Assembly: GCA_038040455.1 (NCBI GenBank)
Contig: JBBPIH010000008.1
Location: 88,006 to 152,005 of the forward strand
Length of the DNA stretch: 64,000 bases
Source of the DNA: Acidobacteriota bacterium
Lineage (GTDB): Bacteria > Acidobacteriota > Blastocatellia > UBA7656
Reading direction: 5' to 3'
This document shows positions 8,951 to 19,200 of this stretch, piece by piece. How positions within the stretch are numbered: the stretch's first letter is position 1; every line of letters begins with the position of its first letter. The notes under the pieces were generated by a model. It had not been told where the DNA came from, ran no database searches, and saw nothing but the letters and a program-made list of their open reading frames with translations. A program made the translations under genes and the position numbers.

Positions 8951-10199
8951 GATCGGATGTCAGGTTTAGGATCGCCGCGCTGGTCACGGCGCACCGTCCG
9001 GTAATGCAGTGGTGACCAGCCCACGTGCCATCGTCGTTCTGCAGCTTCAGAACTTTCTGCGTAATCTTCGAATGCCACTCGCTCCACTGCTTACCGCCCG
9101 AACGCTTCAAGCCGTCGCTGATGTTGAGATAGGAAAAGAACTCCTCTCCACCAATCGAACCGTATCCATCGACAAACCTCGAATCGGAAAGCTTGCTATT
9201 GATGGCGGCGATTTCCTTGGCGTTCTTCGCCCGGCTCTCCGGCGTACGGCTGAGTTGCTCGAGGGCCTGAGCATCTTGATACAAAGCTACTCCGGCGGCT
9301 GACGAGAGGGCGGCCACCGAGACTGCCTCGACTGCGCTTGCACCACGGCCGCTACCGGCTCCAACGCCGCCAGCACTACCGGCTCCAGCACCGCCGCCGC
9401 GGGCCATTGAATCTCGATCCTGTTGGTTTTTCACGGTGTAACCATCCGCGCGCGCCATTACATCTCGATCAACCGCTACGCCCTTCCTGCCGGCCTCGTA
9501 CAGACTGCGCGAAGCGAGCGAGGTTCCGAGCAGCGGCGCCCAGCCGCCGCCTGCATTCCAACTGCCATCCTTCGTTTGGTTTCGCTCAATCTTGGCGACG
9601 CATTTTTCCAAACCGCTTCGAATCCGAACGTTGCCGGCCTGAGCAAAGGTACCGTCCACCTGCGCGAGCAGCATCGAGGCAAGGAAGGTATCGATGTAGG
9701 GTCCGAGCTTCCGCTGGACCTGTGTCTGCTTGCCGTCGGTGATCGACAGGCCGTCAGCGGGACTGGCTTCGACTCTTCGCACAATGAAGTCTACTGCGCG
9801 CTCGACATGGGGCCGGTATTGATCGCCCGCCCGCAGAAGCGCGAGGGCCGCCAGCGCAGTATTCGCTACGTCATTTCCGGAAGACTCGACGTGAACACCC
9901 TGCCGTGCATTCGAGGGCTCGCCTCCGTCCTGTCCCCACCCGCCGTCTGCGCCCTGCACTGAGGCGAGCCATTTGGCGCCTTTTTCTACGGCGGCAATAA
10001 TCGTCGGGTTCGGCGGCGAGGTCTTGTCCGCGCGTGAAGTCTTGGTCGCGCCAGTCGCGTGCTGCGCCGCGGGTCCTTTGCCGGCTCTGTTGCCGTCGTT
10101 GCGGCCGGCGTTCTGAGCCCAAATAGCAACGCACCCCAGGAGCGCAAGCGAAACAAAAGCTACTAGTGATTTCACAATGTCATCTCCTTTAGATCCCAA
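8940..10199 (-). CDS. Secreted prenyltransferase/squalene-oxidase-repeat-like protein with Gly/Ala-rich linker
   Basis: Signal-peptide-like VAFVSLALLGCVAIWAQ. Repeats include WLASVQGADGGWGQ, NQTKDGSWNAGGGW and LQNDDGTWAGHH. There is a low-complexity GGGAGAGSAGGVGAGSG segment. It is a paralog of the upstream gene. Confidence 0.55.
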   Translation of the reverse strand: MGSKGDDIVKSLVAFVSLALLGCVAIWAQNAGRNDGNRAGKGPAAQHATGATKTSRADKTSPPNPTIIAAVEKGAKWLASVQGADGGWGQDGGEPSNARQGVHVESSGNDVANTALAALALLRAGDQYRPHVERAVDFIVRRVEASPADGLSITDGKQTQVQRKLGPYIDTFLASMLLAQVDGTFAQAGNVRIRSGLEKCVAKIERNQTKDGSWNAGGGWAPLLGTSLASRSLYEAGRKGVAVDRDVMARADGYTVKNQQDRDSMARGGGAGAGSAGGVGAGSGRGASAVEAVSVAALSSAAGVALYQDAQALEQLSRTPESRAKNAKEIAAINSKLSDSRFVDGYGSIGGEEFFSYLNISDGLKRSGGKQWSEWHSKITQKVLKLQNDDGTWAGHHCITGRCAVTSAAILNLTSDRVD

Positions 10200-10552
10200 T
10201 GGCGGAAAAGGGTTCCGGCATTGTAGAAAGATGCCGGGTGCACGGTTCTGACTTGAGAACGCGTTAGCTGATCGAAAGTTGCAACTTATCTACTCGAGTC
10301 CTTCGAGAGGCTGGCTTCGAGAGGCGACATCGGGAGTGGTGTACAAGCACCTGAAAATCTCCGGCGTCCACCGTTTCCTCGAGAGCAGTCGATCTTTTCG
10401 GTGATCAGTTAATAATCCCTCTAGATTGGGCGTTTCAAGATAGGCAAAACAAGGGGTGAGTGCGGACATACTATTGACCGCCCTCGCGACGAGGTAAGGA
10501 CGGACAGACAGTATGATCAGCCCGCGCATTCGCAGGTCCGTCAACGTCACAG

Positions 10553-11974
10553 TTGCTGAACTTTGACGGCAGCAGCTTGCAAAAGCAAGAGAGAAACCGT
10601 AAACAAAGACCAACTAAGCAGGGATGGAGGAAGAGAATGCACATTAAACGTACTTCCCTTTTCGCGCTTGCTCTGATACTCACCGGGGCAGTCGCGGCGC
10701 GGGCGGATAAGGTAGACGACTATCTCAAAGCCGAGATGCAGAGACAGCATATTCCCGGCATCTCGGTCGCCGTGCTTAAGGACGGTAAGATCGTCAAGGT
10801 AGAAGGGTACGGCTTAGCGAATGTTGAGCTCAACGTTCCGGCCAGGCCTGAGACCGTCTACAAAATTGGCTCCGTCAGTAAGCAGTTTATTGCCTCGGGA
10901 ATCATGCTCCTTATCGAGGACGGCAGGATTAGCCTCGACGACAAGATCAGCAAGTTTCTCGAGGGATCGCCCGACACCTGGAAAGAGATTACCGTTCGAC
11001 ATTTGCTGACCCACACATCAGGAATCGTTCGCGAGGCTCCCGGCTTCGACCCGCTCAAGATCCAGAGTGATGCGGATGTTATCAAAACTGCCTATCCTTT
11101 GCCGCTCCGATTCGCGTCCGGCGAGAAGTGGGAGTATTGCAATGTCGGGTACTTTACGCTTGCCGAGATCATCCGCAAAGTTACCGGCAAGCCATGGGGC
11201 GATTACCTCAAAGAGCGATTGTTCTTGCCGCTCGAAATGAACGCCACGCGCACCACCAGCATGACTGAGCTTGTTGAAAACCGCGCAAATGGATATCTGT
11301 GGAGAAACGGCAAGCTGCAAAACGCAGACATCTATTTCGCACTCCGCCCAAGCGGGGCGTTTCTCTCTACCGTTCTTGATCTGGCGAAGTGGGATGCCGC
11401 GCTCTACACCGACAAGCTTCTCAAGCAGTCCGTCCGCGACCTGATGTGGACGCCGGTGAAACTCAACAACGGCACAACGCATCCTTACGGCTTCGGATGG
11501 GAGCTGGAGTCAGTAGGCGGTCACAGGCAGGTGCATCACGGCGGTTCGCTTCCGGGGTTTCGCGCCAACATCGCGCGATTTGTTGACGATAAGCTGACCG
11601 TCGTCATCTTGGCCAATAGCGACAACGCCAATTCGAGTGCTCTTGCACTCGGCGTCGCAGCGCTTTACATACCCGGATTAATTCCTGAGCGTGTCGCTGC
11701 AAAGGTCGACCCAAAAGTGCTTGATGCTTACGCGGGGCAATATCAGCCGAATCCGTCGACAGTCTTGACGGTCACACGCGAGGGCGACAAGTTGATGGTG
11801 CAACAGGGGTCGAGTGAGAAGCGAGAGCTGGTGCCGGAGAGCGAATCCAACTTTTTCATGCCCGAGAATCGTCAAGTGACCTATAGCTTCGTCAAAGATG
11901 AAAAGGGACAAGTCACACACCTCGTGGTTCAAAGAGAAGGCCGGGAAATAGGCAGAGCAAAGAGAATCAAATGA
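10553..11974 (+). CDS. Serine hydrolase, class C beta-lactamase / penicillin-binding-protein family
   Basis: SxxK active-site motif in YKIGSVSKQF and a YxN-like region. The likely true start is MHIKRTSLFALALILTGAVAA (signal peptide) near 10637. Confidence 0.8.
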   Translation: MLNFDGSSLQKQERNRKQRPTKQGWRKRMHIKRTSLFALALILTGAVAARADKVDDYLKAEMQRQHIPGISVAVLKDGKIVKVEGYGLANVELNVPARPETVYKIGSVSKQFIASGIMLLIEDGRISLDDKISKFLEGSPDTWKEITVRHLLTHTSGIVREAPGFDPLKIQSDADVIKTAYPLPLRFASGEKWEYCNVGYFTLAEIIRKVTGKPWGDYLKERLFLPLEMNATRTTSMTELVENRANGYLWRNGKLQNADIYFALRPSGAFLSTVLDLAKWDAALYTDKLLKQSVRDLMWTPVKLNNGTTHPYGFGWELESVGGHRQVHHGGSLPGFRANIARFVDDKLTVVILANSDNANSSALALGVAALYIPGLIPERVAAKVDPKVLDAYAGQYQPNPSTVLTVTREGDKLMVQQGSSEKRELVPESESNFFMPENRQVTYSFVKDEKGQVTHLVVQREGREIGRAKRIK

Positions 11975-12166
11975 CCCATCGGCCCGCGTGACGACAGGGT
12001 GGGGACTCGGATGTCTCAATCGGTTGAGTCCCGGCGGGATGTTTGATAATAGCCGAGCACTTCAGTGCTGGGGGAGAAAGCAGCTGCGGACGAGCAGTCC
12101 CGAAGGGACGGCTGACGTGCGGTCAGTTTTTCAGTCGTCCCTACGTGACTCGGAGCGAGAGCATCT

Positions 12167-15100
12167 TCAATCAACCCCTCGAAGTCCGTTTCGTTGTGCT
12201 GCCTCTGACAGCCAAGCGCCGCCCGGTAAACATAGTTCGCGGAAGTTGCACATCAGGCAATGCTCGGCGGGCCGAGCCGGGAAACTCGCGGGCGCCGACG
12301 AAGAAACTATGCTCAGCATCGCGTCATCAATCGCCTTCGCACACGCATCGCGCCCGACCAGTTCAGCGGGCAAGCTCACCTCTACATCGGGATCCAGGAA
12401 GTGGAGCGTTACTCGCACACTTCTGGCTTCGGGTATCAACTCGTGCGCGGCCAAAGCATAAGCTTGCATCTGCAATTGATAGTCAGCGGCTGCGGCTTGG
12501 ACCTCGGCCTGCACCAGAAGATCTCGATCAGACGATGCGCCGGACGCGGGCTTTAAGAACGCGAACGACAGTTGTCCCCGCTCAGCCGTCCGTACTCCTT
12601 TGCCAGGGCTCCGTCGCTCGTAGTCAGTGGCATGTTGTTGGGCGGCACGAGCATCGGGCTTCCTTCCTCGAAAACGATTTGTTTTGAAGTCGATGATCTC
12701 GACGCTCCAGCCATCACCCGATGGGATTGGAACGACCACCAACTTGTCTATAGTGCCAGTCAGAATCCCGAGCGGACGCCTCAATCGAAACCGCTGCTCG
12801 CTGAAGACGCCGGGTGAATGATGCGTGATGCGTGACGCGTGATTCTGGGCCGCACGCGCCGATTCGATTCGCTGACGCACTTTGCTGGCAACATACTTCC
12901 GCGCGAGCGGCAGCAGATCGTGAATGGCTCTCTCAGAATCGATCTCAAAGACCCGGTCGCCAAGCTCCGCCGCTCTTTGCCTGAGCACAACTTCAAAGCT
13001 GCTCCTCAAGGAATCGTGAAGATCATCGCCTTCGCTGAACCGTTCGCAGAAGCGATGAATCACCGCGCCCCGGAGCGTCGCCGTAAGATTCGCAGGAGGC
13101 TCGGGAGCCTCGGCGTCGTTCCATACCGCGACCTCTTCCTCGCTGGGTGTGTGGAGCAGCCGATCGAAGTAATACTGACGCGGACAGCGGTGATAGTTCA
13201 GAAGCTGAGTTACGCTGAAGCGGTGAAGGCCGCTTCCGCGCTCCGCCTCCACCGGTTCGAGTAGCGGCACCCGTTCCTCCTTCGGCGCCGCCAAATCTTT
13301 TTCTGGTTGGACCGCTGCGGGGTCTTCTCGGAGCTGACTTGATGTCTGAAGCGCAGCGTCACGCAGATTCAGCGTAAGCCGGACTTCGACTTCTTCGCTC
13401 GGTCCTAGAACTCCGCTCTCGATTTCCCTCGCGATCCCGAGCGCTTTGCATATCCACCCAAGCCACGAACTCCGCAAGCTTGCGAGGTCTTTCGCAGCCC
13501 CCGACAGTATCAGCCGGTCTTGCGCGCGAGTAGCCGCAACGTACAGCAATCGCATGCTTTCGAATTCGTCGCGCCGCTTCGCCCGTTCGGCAAAAGTGAT
13601 GAATGCGGCCCCAGCAACCAGCTTGCCTCTGCCGTCGGGCACCTTCAAAGTCAGACCGCGATGCCGGTCCAGCATCCACCACTCACGCCTATTGTCGGGC
13701 TGGCGGTGAAGGTCCGGGATAATCACCACCGGAAACTCGAGCCCCTTCGACTGATGAATCGACATCAGGCGAACCGCATCGGCCGAATCGTCGATCTGGC
13801 CTTCGCTCTCGCGCCCGCCGGTTTCTTCGAAATCACGGACGAAGCGCACGAAGTCGCGAATCAGATGGGCACCCGAACGCTCGAATCGCTCCGCGAGCGT
13901 GAACATCTTCTCGATATTGGCCAGCCGCTGCGCGCCGTCGAAGTTTGCTGCAGCGACGGTCCGATACTCTGATGTTTCGACCGCAAATCTCAAAAGCTCC
14001 GACAGCCGCGATCGCTTCGCTCGCCCGATGAACTCCTCCAATAACTCTCTCGCACGGTCCAGCGCCGGCCGCTCGGAAGAATCGATGAGGTCGATCAACT
14101 CGTGGCTGCGAAGAGCGTCAAGGAGAGGCCGAACGCCGCTACGTTTTTGCATACGTCCGCCTTCCTCGACTCCCGCTCCTAACGCCGCGCATCGAAGCGC
14201 CAACAGGGCATCATCCGACAACCCGCAAAGTGGCGAGCGAAGCACCGCCGCCAGCGCCACCTCGTCGGTCTTATTGTCGAGGAAACGCAAAAGCTGAATG
14301 AAGTCGGTGATCTCCTCGCGCGCGTAAAAGCCTTTCCCCTCGACGGTCACATACGGAATGCCTGCGCGGCGAAACGCCGATTCGTAGAGGTGCACTTCGG
14401 TCATCGCTCGAAACAGCAGCGCGATGTCGCGGTACTCGAGGTTGCGTTGGGCCCCTGCTTCACCACTTGAGCGGCCGGGCGAACTGATCGATTCCTTCCC
14501 TACAAGTGAGATGATCCGCGCCGCCAACTGCTCGGCGTCACGTTCCCGAGGCGACTGCGGCGAGGATCCCTCTTCCGATTTGTCATTCGTCATCAGGTCA
14601 ACAAGCAGCTCGACGACAGGCGGCGCGTCTGCGTCTTCGCGAGCGACGATGCTTGCTTCGTGCGCGACGTAACCAAGCTCGTTCAGGTCATCAACGGCGA
14701 GGCTGGCGTCGCGCTGGAATACGTGCTCGAACAGGAGGTTGAAGAAACTAATCAGCGGGCGCTGGCTCCGGAAGTTTTGGTTAAGCGGCATCGGCACGCC
14801 CTTCTGTGATTCGATCCTCGCACTCATCTCGCGAAACACGTCCACGTCCGCTCCTCTGAAGCCGTAGATAGATTGCTTGCGGTCACCGACGATAAACAGG
14901 TTCGCGCGTGGCGTAGACTTTAGTCTGCGCTCCTCGGTCGGCCTATCACTGGACTCGCGCAGACTAGCGTCCAAGCCACTTAGCGCTAGTCTCGCCATCA
15001 ACTCGCGCTGCAAGCCATTGGTGTCCTGGAACTCGTCGACCAGGAAGAAGCGATATCGACCCGCCGTTCTGCGCATGACTTCGGGATGTTCTTCGAGCAG

Positions 15101-16156
15101 CCGAAGCGCTCGCAATTGCAGATCATCAAAATCGAGTAGCGACCTGCGTCGCTTCTCTTCGTCGAGGCGCCGCTCGATTCCCTCGACAACTTTGATCAGC
15201 TCGAGCGCATACGTCTTAGCGTGGAGGTCAAAAAAAGTCTGCGAAACGCGGCCGCGAAGATTGTCCTCCCAGACTAACTCATCAAGCGTTTTGACCAGCT
15301 CACTGATTTTGCCCTGTGCCTTGGGTCGAGCTGCGTCGCGGAATTCTTGAATTGCTTCGGAAAACTCTGCGAGTGATGTCGACTCCGAGACGCCGCACAG
15401 AAATTCCCGAAACGACGGCCAACGCCGCTCGGCCACCTTTCGTTTCTCTTCGGCCGCAGCCGGGAGCCCGCGAGCCTGGATGAAGTCGCGCATTTTCGCG
15501 GTCAGCTCGTCTACCGCTCGCTTGTAGTCCTCTATTGTCTTGTGGCTCTTCTCCGTTTCCGCCTCGAGCTTTTCGTGCGTCAATCCCTGGTTGCGCATCG
15601 AGCGATAGACGCCGATCAGCCCTCGAGCGAGCCTCATGCGGCCAACGCCCGCCGCGAGCCGGGTGATCGCTTGATGCTTTGCGCTGATGAACTCGGTGAG
15701 CGACTCCTCGACGACCGCTTCTTCGAGCATCGCCGACTGATGTGCATCCAGCAACGCGAACTGCGGATCGATGTCGGCCTCGACCGGGAACTCGCGCAAC
15801 AGCCGCGCGCAAAAGCCGTGGATGGTTGTGATGATCGCGCCGTCGAGCGTCCGCTTGTGACGCATCCACCTTGCGCGTTCAATCGGGGCTGCCAACAACA
15901 AGAGGCTGTCCAGCTCACTTCGGAGGCGCTCGCGCATCTCGTTAGCCGCGCGGTTGGTGAAAGTGATGGCGACGATCTGATCTACGCTGATGTCGTGCGT
16001 CCGAAGAATGTGCAGGTAGCGCTCGACGAGCACGGTGGTCTTGCCAGCGCCGGGACCGGCGGTCACGGAGACGTGCCGGTCGAGCGTGTGCGCAGCCTGG
16101 CGCTGTTCGGGCTTCAGCTCGCGTGTTTTGCTTTCAACCACAACGTTCATAATCAA
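12167..16156 (-). CDS. AddA-like ATP-dependent helicase-nuclease (UvrD/Rep helicase core plus C-terminal RecB-type PD-(D/E)XK nuclease), pair 1
   Basis: N-terminal Walker A VTAGPGAGKTTVL and UvrD motifs (AITFTNRAANEM, FLVDEFQDTN, IVGDRKQSIYGFRGA). The C-terminus has a RecB nuclease motif GTIDKLVVV...IIDFKTN. Length 1329 aa. Confidence 0.8.
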   Translation of the reverse strand: MIMNVVVESKTRELKPEQRQAAHTLDRHVSVTAGPGAGKTTVLVERYLHILRTHDISVDQIVAITFTNRAANEMRERLRSELDSLLLLAAPIERARWMRHKRTLDGAIITTIHGFCARLLREFPVEADIDPQFALLDAHQSAMLEEAVVEESLTEFISAKHQAITRLAAGVGRMRLARGLIGVYRSMRNQGLTHEKLEAETEKSHKTIEDYKRAVDELTAKMRDFIQARGLPAAAEEKRKVAERRWPSFREFLCGVSESTSLAEFSEAIQEFRDAARPKAQGKISELVKTLDELVWEDNLRGRVSQTFFDLHAKTYALELIKVVEGIERRLDEEKRRRSLLDFDDLQLRALRLLEEHPEVMRRTAGRYRFFLVDEFQDTNGLQRELMARLALSGLDASLRESSDRPTEERRLKSTPRANLFIVGDRKQSIYGFRGADVDVFREMSARIESQKGVPMPLNQNFRSQRPLISFFNLLFEHVFQRDASLAVDDLNELGYVAHEASIVAREDADAPPVVELLVDLMTNDKSEEGSSPQSPRERDAEQLAARIISLVGKESISSPGRSSGEAGAQRNLEYRDIALLFRAMTEVHLYESAFRRAGIPYVTVEGKGFYAREEITDFIQLLRFLDNKTDEVALAAVLRSPLCGLSDDALLALRCAALGAGVEEGGRMQKRSGVRPLLDALRSHELIDLIDSSERPALDRARELLEEFIGRAKRSRLSELLRFAVETSEYRTVAAANFDGAQRLANIEKMFTLAERFERSGAHLIRDFVRFVRDFEETGGRESEGQIDDSADAVRLMSIHQSKGLEFPVVIIPDLHRQPDNRREWWMLDRHRGLTLKVPDGRGKLVAGAAFITFAERAKRRDEFESMRLLYVAATRAQDRLILSGAAKDLASLRSSWLGWICKALGIAREIESGVLGPSEEVEVRLTLNLRDAALQTSSQLREDPAAVQPEKDLAAPKEERVPLLEPVEAERGSGLHRFSVTQLLNYHRCPRQYYFDRLLHTPSEEEVAVWNDAEAPEPPANLTATLRGAVIHRFCERFSEGDDLHDSLRSSFEVVLRQRAAELGDRVFEIDSERAIHDLLPLARKYVASKVRQRIESARAAQNHASRITHHSPGVFSEQRFRLRRPLGILTGTIDKLVVVPIPSGDGWSVEIIDFKTNRFRGRKPDARAAQQHATDYERRSPGKGVRTAERGQLSFAFLKPASGASSDRDLLVQAEVQAAAADYQLQMQAYALAAHELIPEARSVRVTLHFLDPDVEVSLPAELVGRDACAKAIDDAMLSIVSSSAPASFPARPAEHCLMCNFRELCLPGGAWLSEAAQRNGLRGVD

Positions 16157-16179
16157 TTGGCGTCAAGCGGATCGTCGGC

Positions 16180-16275
16180 TGCTTGTACGGGCGGCCCTCC
16201 GTTGCCGCCCCTCTTTGACCGCTTAATCATTTCGCGCGAGAAGGGGCGGCCACGGAGGGCCGCCCGTACAAGCTT
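16180..16275. repeat. Palindromic repeat family C copy in the addB-addA intergenic spacer
   Basis: cttgtacgggcggccctccgttgccgcccc ... ggggcggccacggagggccgcccgtacaag is a near-perfect inverted repeat of about 30 bp on each arm. It resembles the element at 5875-5970. Confidence 0.5.
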
Positions 16276-16284
16276 TCCCAGCTG

Positions 16285-19200
16285 CTACACCTCTCCGATG
16301 CCTTCCTTTCTTCTTATCCGAAACTTCTCGTAGCGGCACACCGCCGAGAAGTCGCAGTGTGGGCAGGTAGCTTCTGGGGCTGACGGGTCGACCTGGAATT
16401 GGCCTGCGCGTATGCCGTCGATGAATTCCCAGACGCGAGCTTCCATCTCGGCGCGAATCCTGTTCCACTCTTCGTCTGTTAGCGTTGAAGACGTCCTCTT
16501 ACTCACTGCGGTATAGGCTTGTTGCACGGCTCGATACAAACCTTGATTACGGCGACTCGAGCCTCCCCTCATCGTGTAGTAGCCACCGCCGGCGATCGCA
16601 CTTCCGGGCATGAACAGTTGTTCGAGCGCCGCGAGATAGAGGTGAAGCTGCAAGGCTCGGCCCTCTTGCATGTCGTCGAGCCCAGCACCCTTTGAGAGCT
16701 TGTAGTCATAAGCAATCGCGGTCCCATCGTTCGCAATGTCGACTCTGTCAATCTGCCCGCGAACGCGCACGGTTTCACTCGGATCGTCCGAACCGCGACG
16801 GAGTTCGAGACTCTGATCAGTTGAGCCCGGATCAACCGCGTCCCCTCTCATCCCAAACGCGAGCTCGAAGTAAGCAGGTCTTACATCCTTGGATCGCGTC
16901 TGCTCTTGAACAGTCAGCTCATAATCCAGCACCTGTTCAAGCAGCAGCTTCCTTATCTGTTTGTCGATTTGCCAGACTTGAGGATTGAGAGGCGGCACGG
17001 CACGCTCGTGCTCGTAGAACACGGCATCAGCAACCTCGCCAAGCTCGCGTCTAAGCTCCGCCCGATCAAAGTCGGTAAGCCGCTCGCGTCGATGGCGTGC
17101 GAAGAATCGCCTGAGCGCTTCGTGCAACAGGCTCCCTGCATCAAGCGACGTCAGATCGAGCGCGGCTTCACCTCGCGGATCAAGTTTGAGCACTTTCTCG
17201 GCGAAGAACTTGAACGGGCACTTGCCGTAGAGGCTCAGCTCGCTTGCGCTGAAGGCGTGATCCGCGCCGTACTGCTCCTGGAGTCTTGCAATCAAACTCG
17301 CGGCGCTGATCACGCCGTCAAACTTTCCGAACCACCGGCTCGCTCGCTCGCGTTCTATCGCAATGCGCCGCCGCGCCGATTCGCTCAAGTATCCTCGCTC
17401 GGACGCCGTCGCCATCAACCGAGCGATGACTTCTTCCGGAAAGTTCCCTTCTCTTTGAGCTCGATGCCGGTGCCTCTCTTCCTGCCGCACTAACATCACT
17501 GCAAGCTCCGAGCTTCGCGACGAATCAAACAGCGTGCGCCCATCGAAATCGCCTCGCACAACCTCTTTCGTAATCGGGCCTGGCGCAACTGCCCGACCAA
17601 GCTCTTCGATGTAATAAGACGCTACGGTCTCCGAGCCGTCTTCGAGCACCATCGATCTGCTCAGATAAAGCCGCTCGGTCGCGCGGCAAGCCGCTTGATA
17701 GAAATAGTGCTCCTCCTTGAGCAGCGTGTCGGGCGAGATGTCCTCGAGCGTCAGACCGTATTGCTTCAATCGCTCGCGCTCTTCGTGCGGATATATCCAG
17801 TCGCGCGAGGCGCGCAACGGGAAGCCGCCTTCGACTAGCCCGGCGATGAACACTGCACGAAAGCGCAATCCGCGAACATCGGTTACTTCGAGCACTTTCA
17901 ATCCATCCGGATCGGCATGGCTAGTCACCAGCGATTGCGCTCGCAAGCATCGCATCGCTTCATCGAGAAAAGTTGTGAGCTTGATCGTTGATACCGAGTC
18001 GCCTTCACTCACAACGCCTTCGGACATCTCGATGCTTCGGGCGGCGGCGGCAAGGGCGCGGCGCAATCCTTCGAGCCCGCGCAGATCGAGCGTCAACGCC
18101 GGAAGCTCGGCATCCGCAACAGAACCGGGCTGTGAGCCGCGGACCCCGCCGGCAAACTGAAGCTGATCAAGGAGCCGCATAATCGCATCTCGCAGCTCGA
18201 GGGGAGGAGCTTCGCGAGTTGCTCCTCCGATTAACCGGGCGGTGCGCTCGACAACGAGAGCTGACCACGCGATCAACGCGGGGTGAACTTCGCGCGAGGG
18301 CCTGGGTTTTCGCTCAGAGCCTGGAAGCGGGACGTCCACTGGCTCCGCGCGTTCGACGCGCCGCTTTACAGCGCTGGTCGCTTCGCCCGAAGCTGCGGCG
18401 CTCTCGTCATCTGAGTCTGATTCATCTTCGAGATCAGTTGCGAGGAGCTTCTCTAAGTCCGGCGCGGGCCGTAGAGCAGTCAATTGCCGTGCGCGCTTCA
18501 GCCATCTGTCTGCGCGCAACTCGCCGCCCGCGAATGCGATCACGTTCTCAAGCTCGTCGGCGTCCCAGTTGCCGACGTTTGTTTCGTCGGGCCCTCTAAG
18601 AAATCCCGCGATGCCCAGCAGATGTTCGTGCTCTTGATTGAAGCGTTCGCGCAATGCATCCAACTCGGTTTCCGATAAGCGGAAGTAGCCGGACTTCACC
18701 AGGTCCGCCAGCTCGCTCATCTTTGCGGTTGTACCTTCCTCGCGATTCAGCTCGATCAACATCTCAAACAGTTTTAGAGCCGCGCGCACTGCCGGCACTT
18801 CTATCAGCGCGGTGCGGCGGCCGAGCGCGCAAGGAATTCGCTCCTCCTGGAAGACCCGAGCGATCGTGTCCTCATAGGAAGCGCGCTCGCGGACGACAAC
18901 CGCGACGTCGCTCGGGCGGTAACCTTCAAGCAACACCAGCCGCTTGATCTCTTTCGCTATCTCGCGGATCTCAGTCTCCCGGTTTCCACAATCGAGCAGA
19001 CTGATGCTGAGCGATTTCTCGGGCGAGTCCTGGGAGCGCAGGCATCCTTGCCTGCCTGGCGTTGCGCGAGAAGAGCCAGGCAGGGATGCCTGCGCTCCCA
19101 GGCCGGCAGCTTCGGCCGCGCACTGCTCATTGGCGGATGAATTGAACAATCGCTCGCGCAGGAGAGACAGCCCAGCCGCCACCGGCTGGGCTTCAGCGTC

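Noticed and set aside
12043-12687. 214-aa plus-strand ORF, and several 60-160-aa ORFs on the opposite strand within the addA/addB, ligD, sortilin-like and MTase genes (e.g. 1461..1804, 8412..8822, 15300..15869, 33327..34097, 45846..46559)
   Set aside because: They are Arg/Ala/Ser-rich translations typical of antisense frames in high-GC coding DNA. They are fully embedded in long, motif-supported genes on the other strand and have no motifs of their own.
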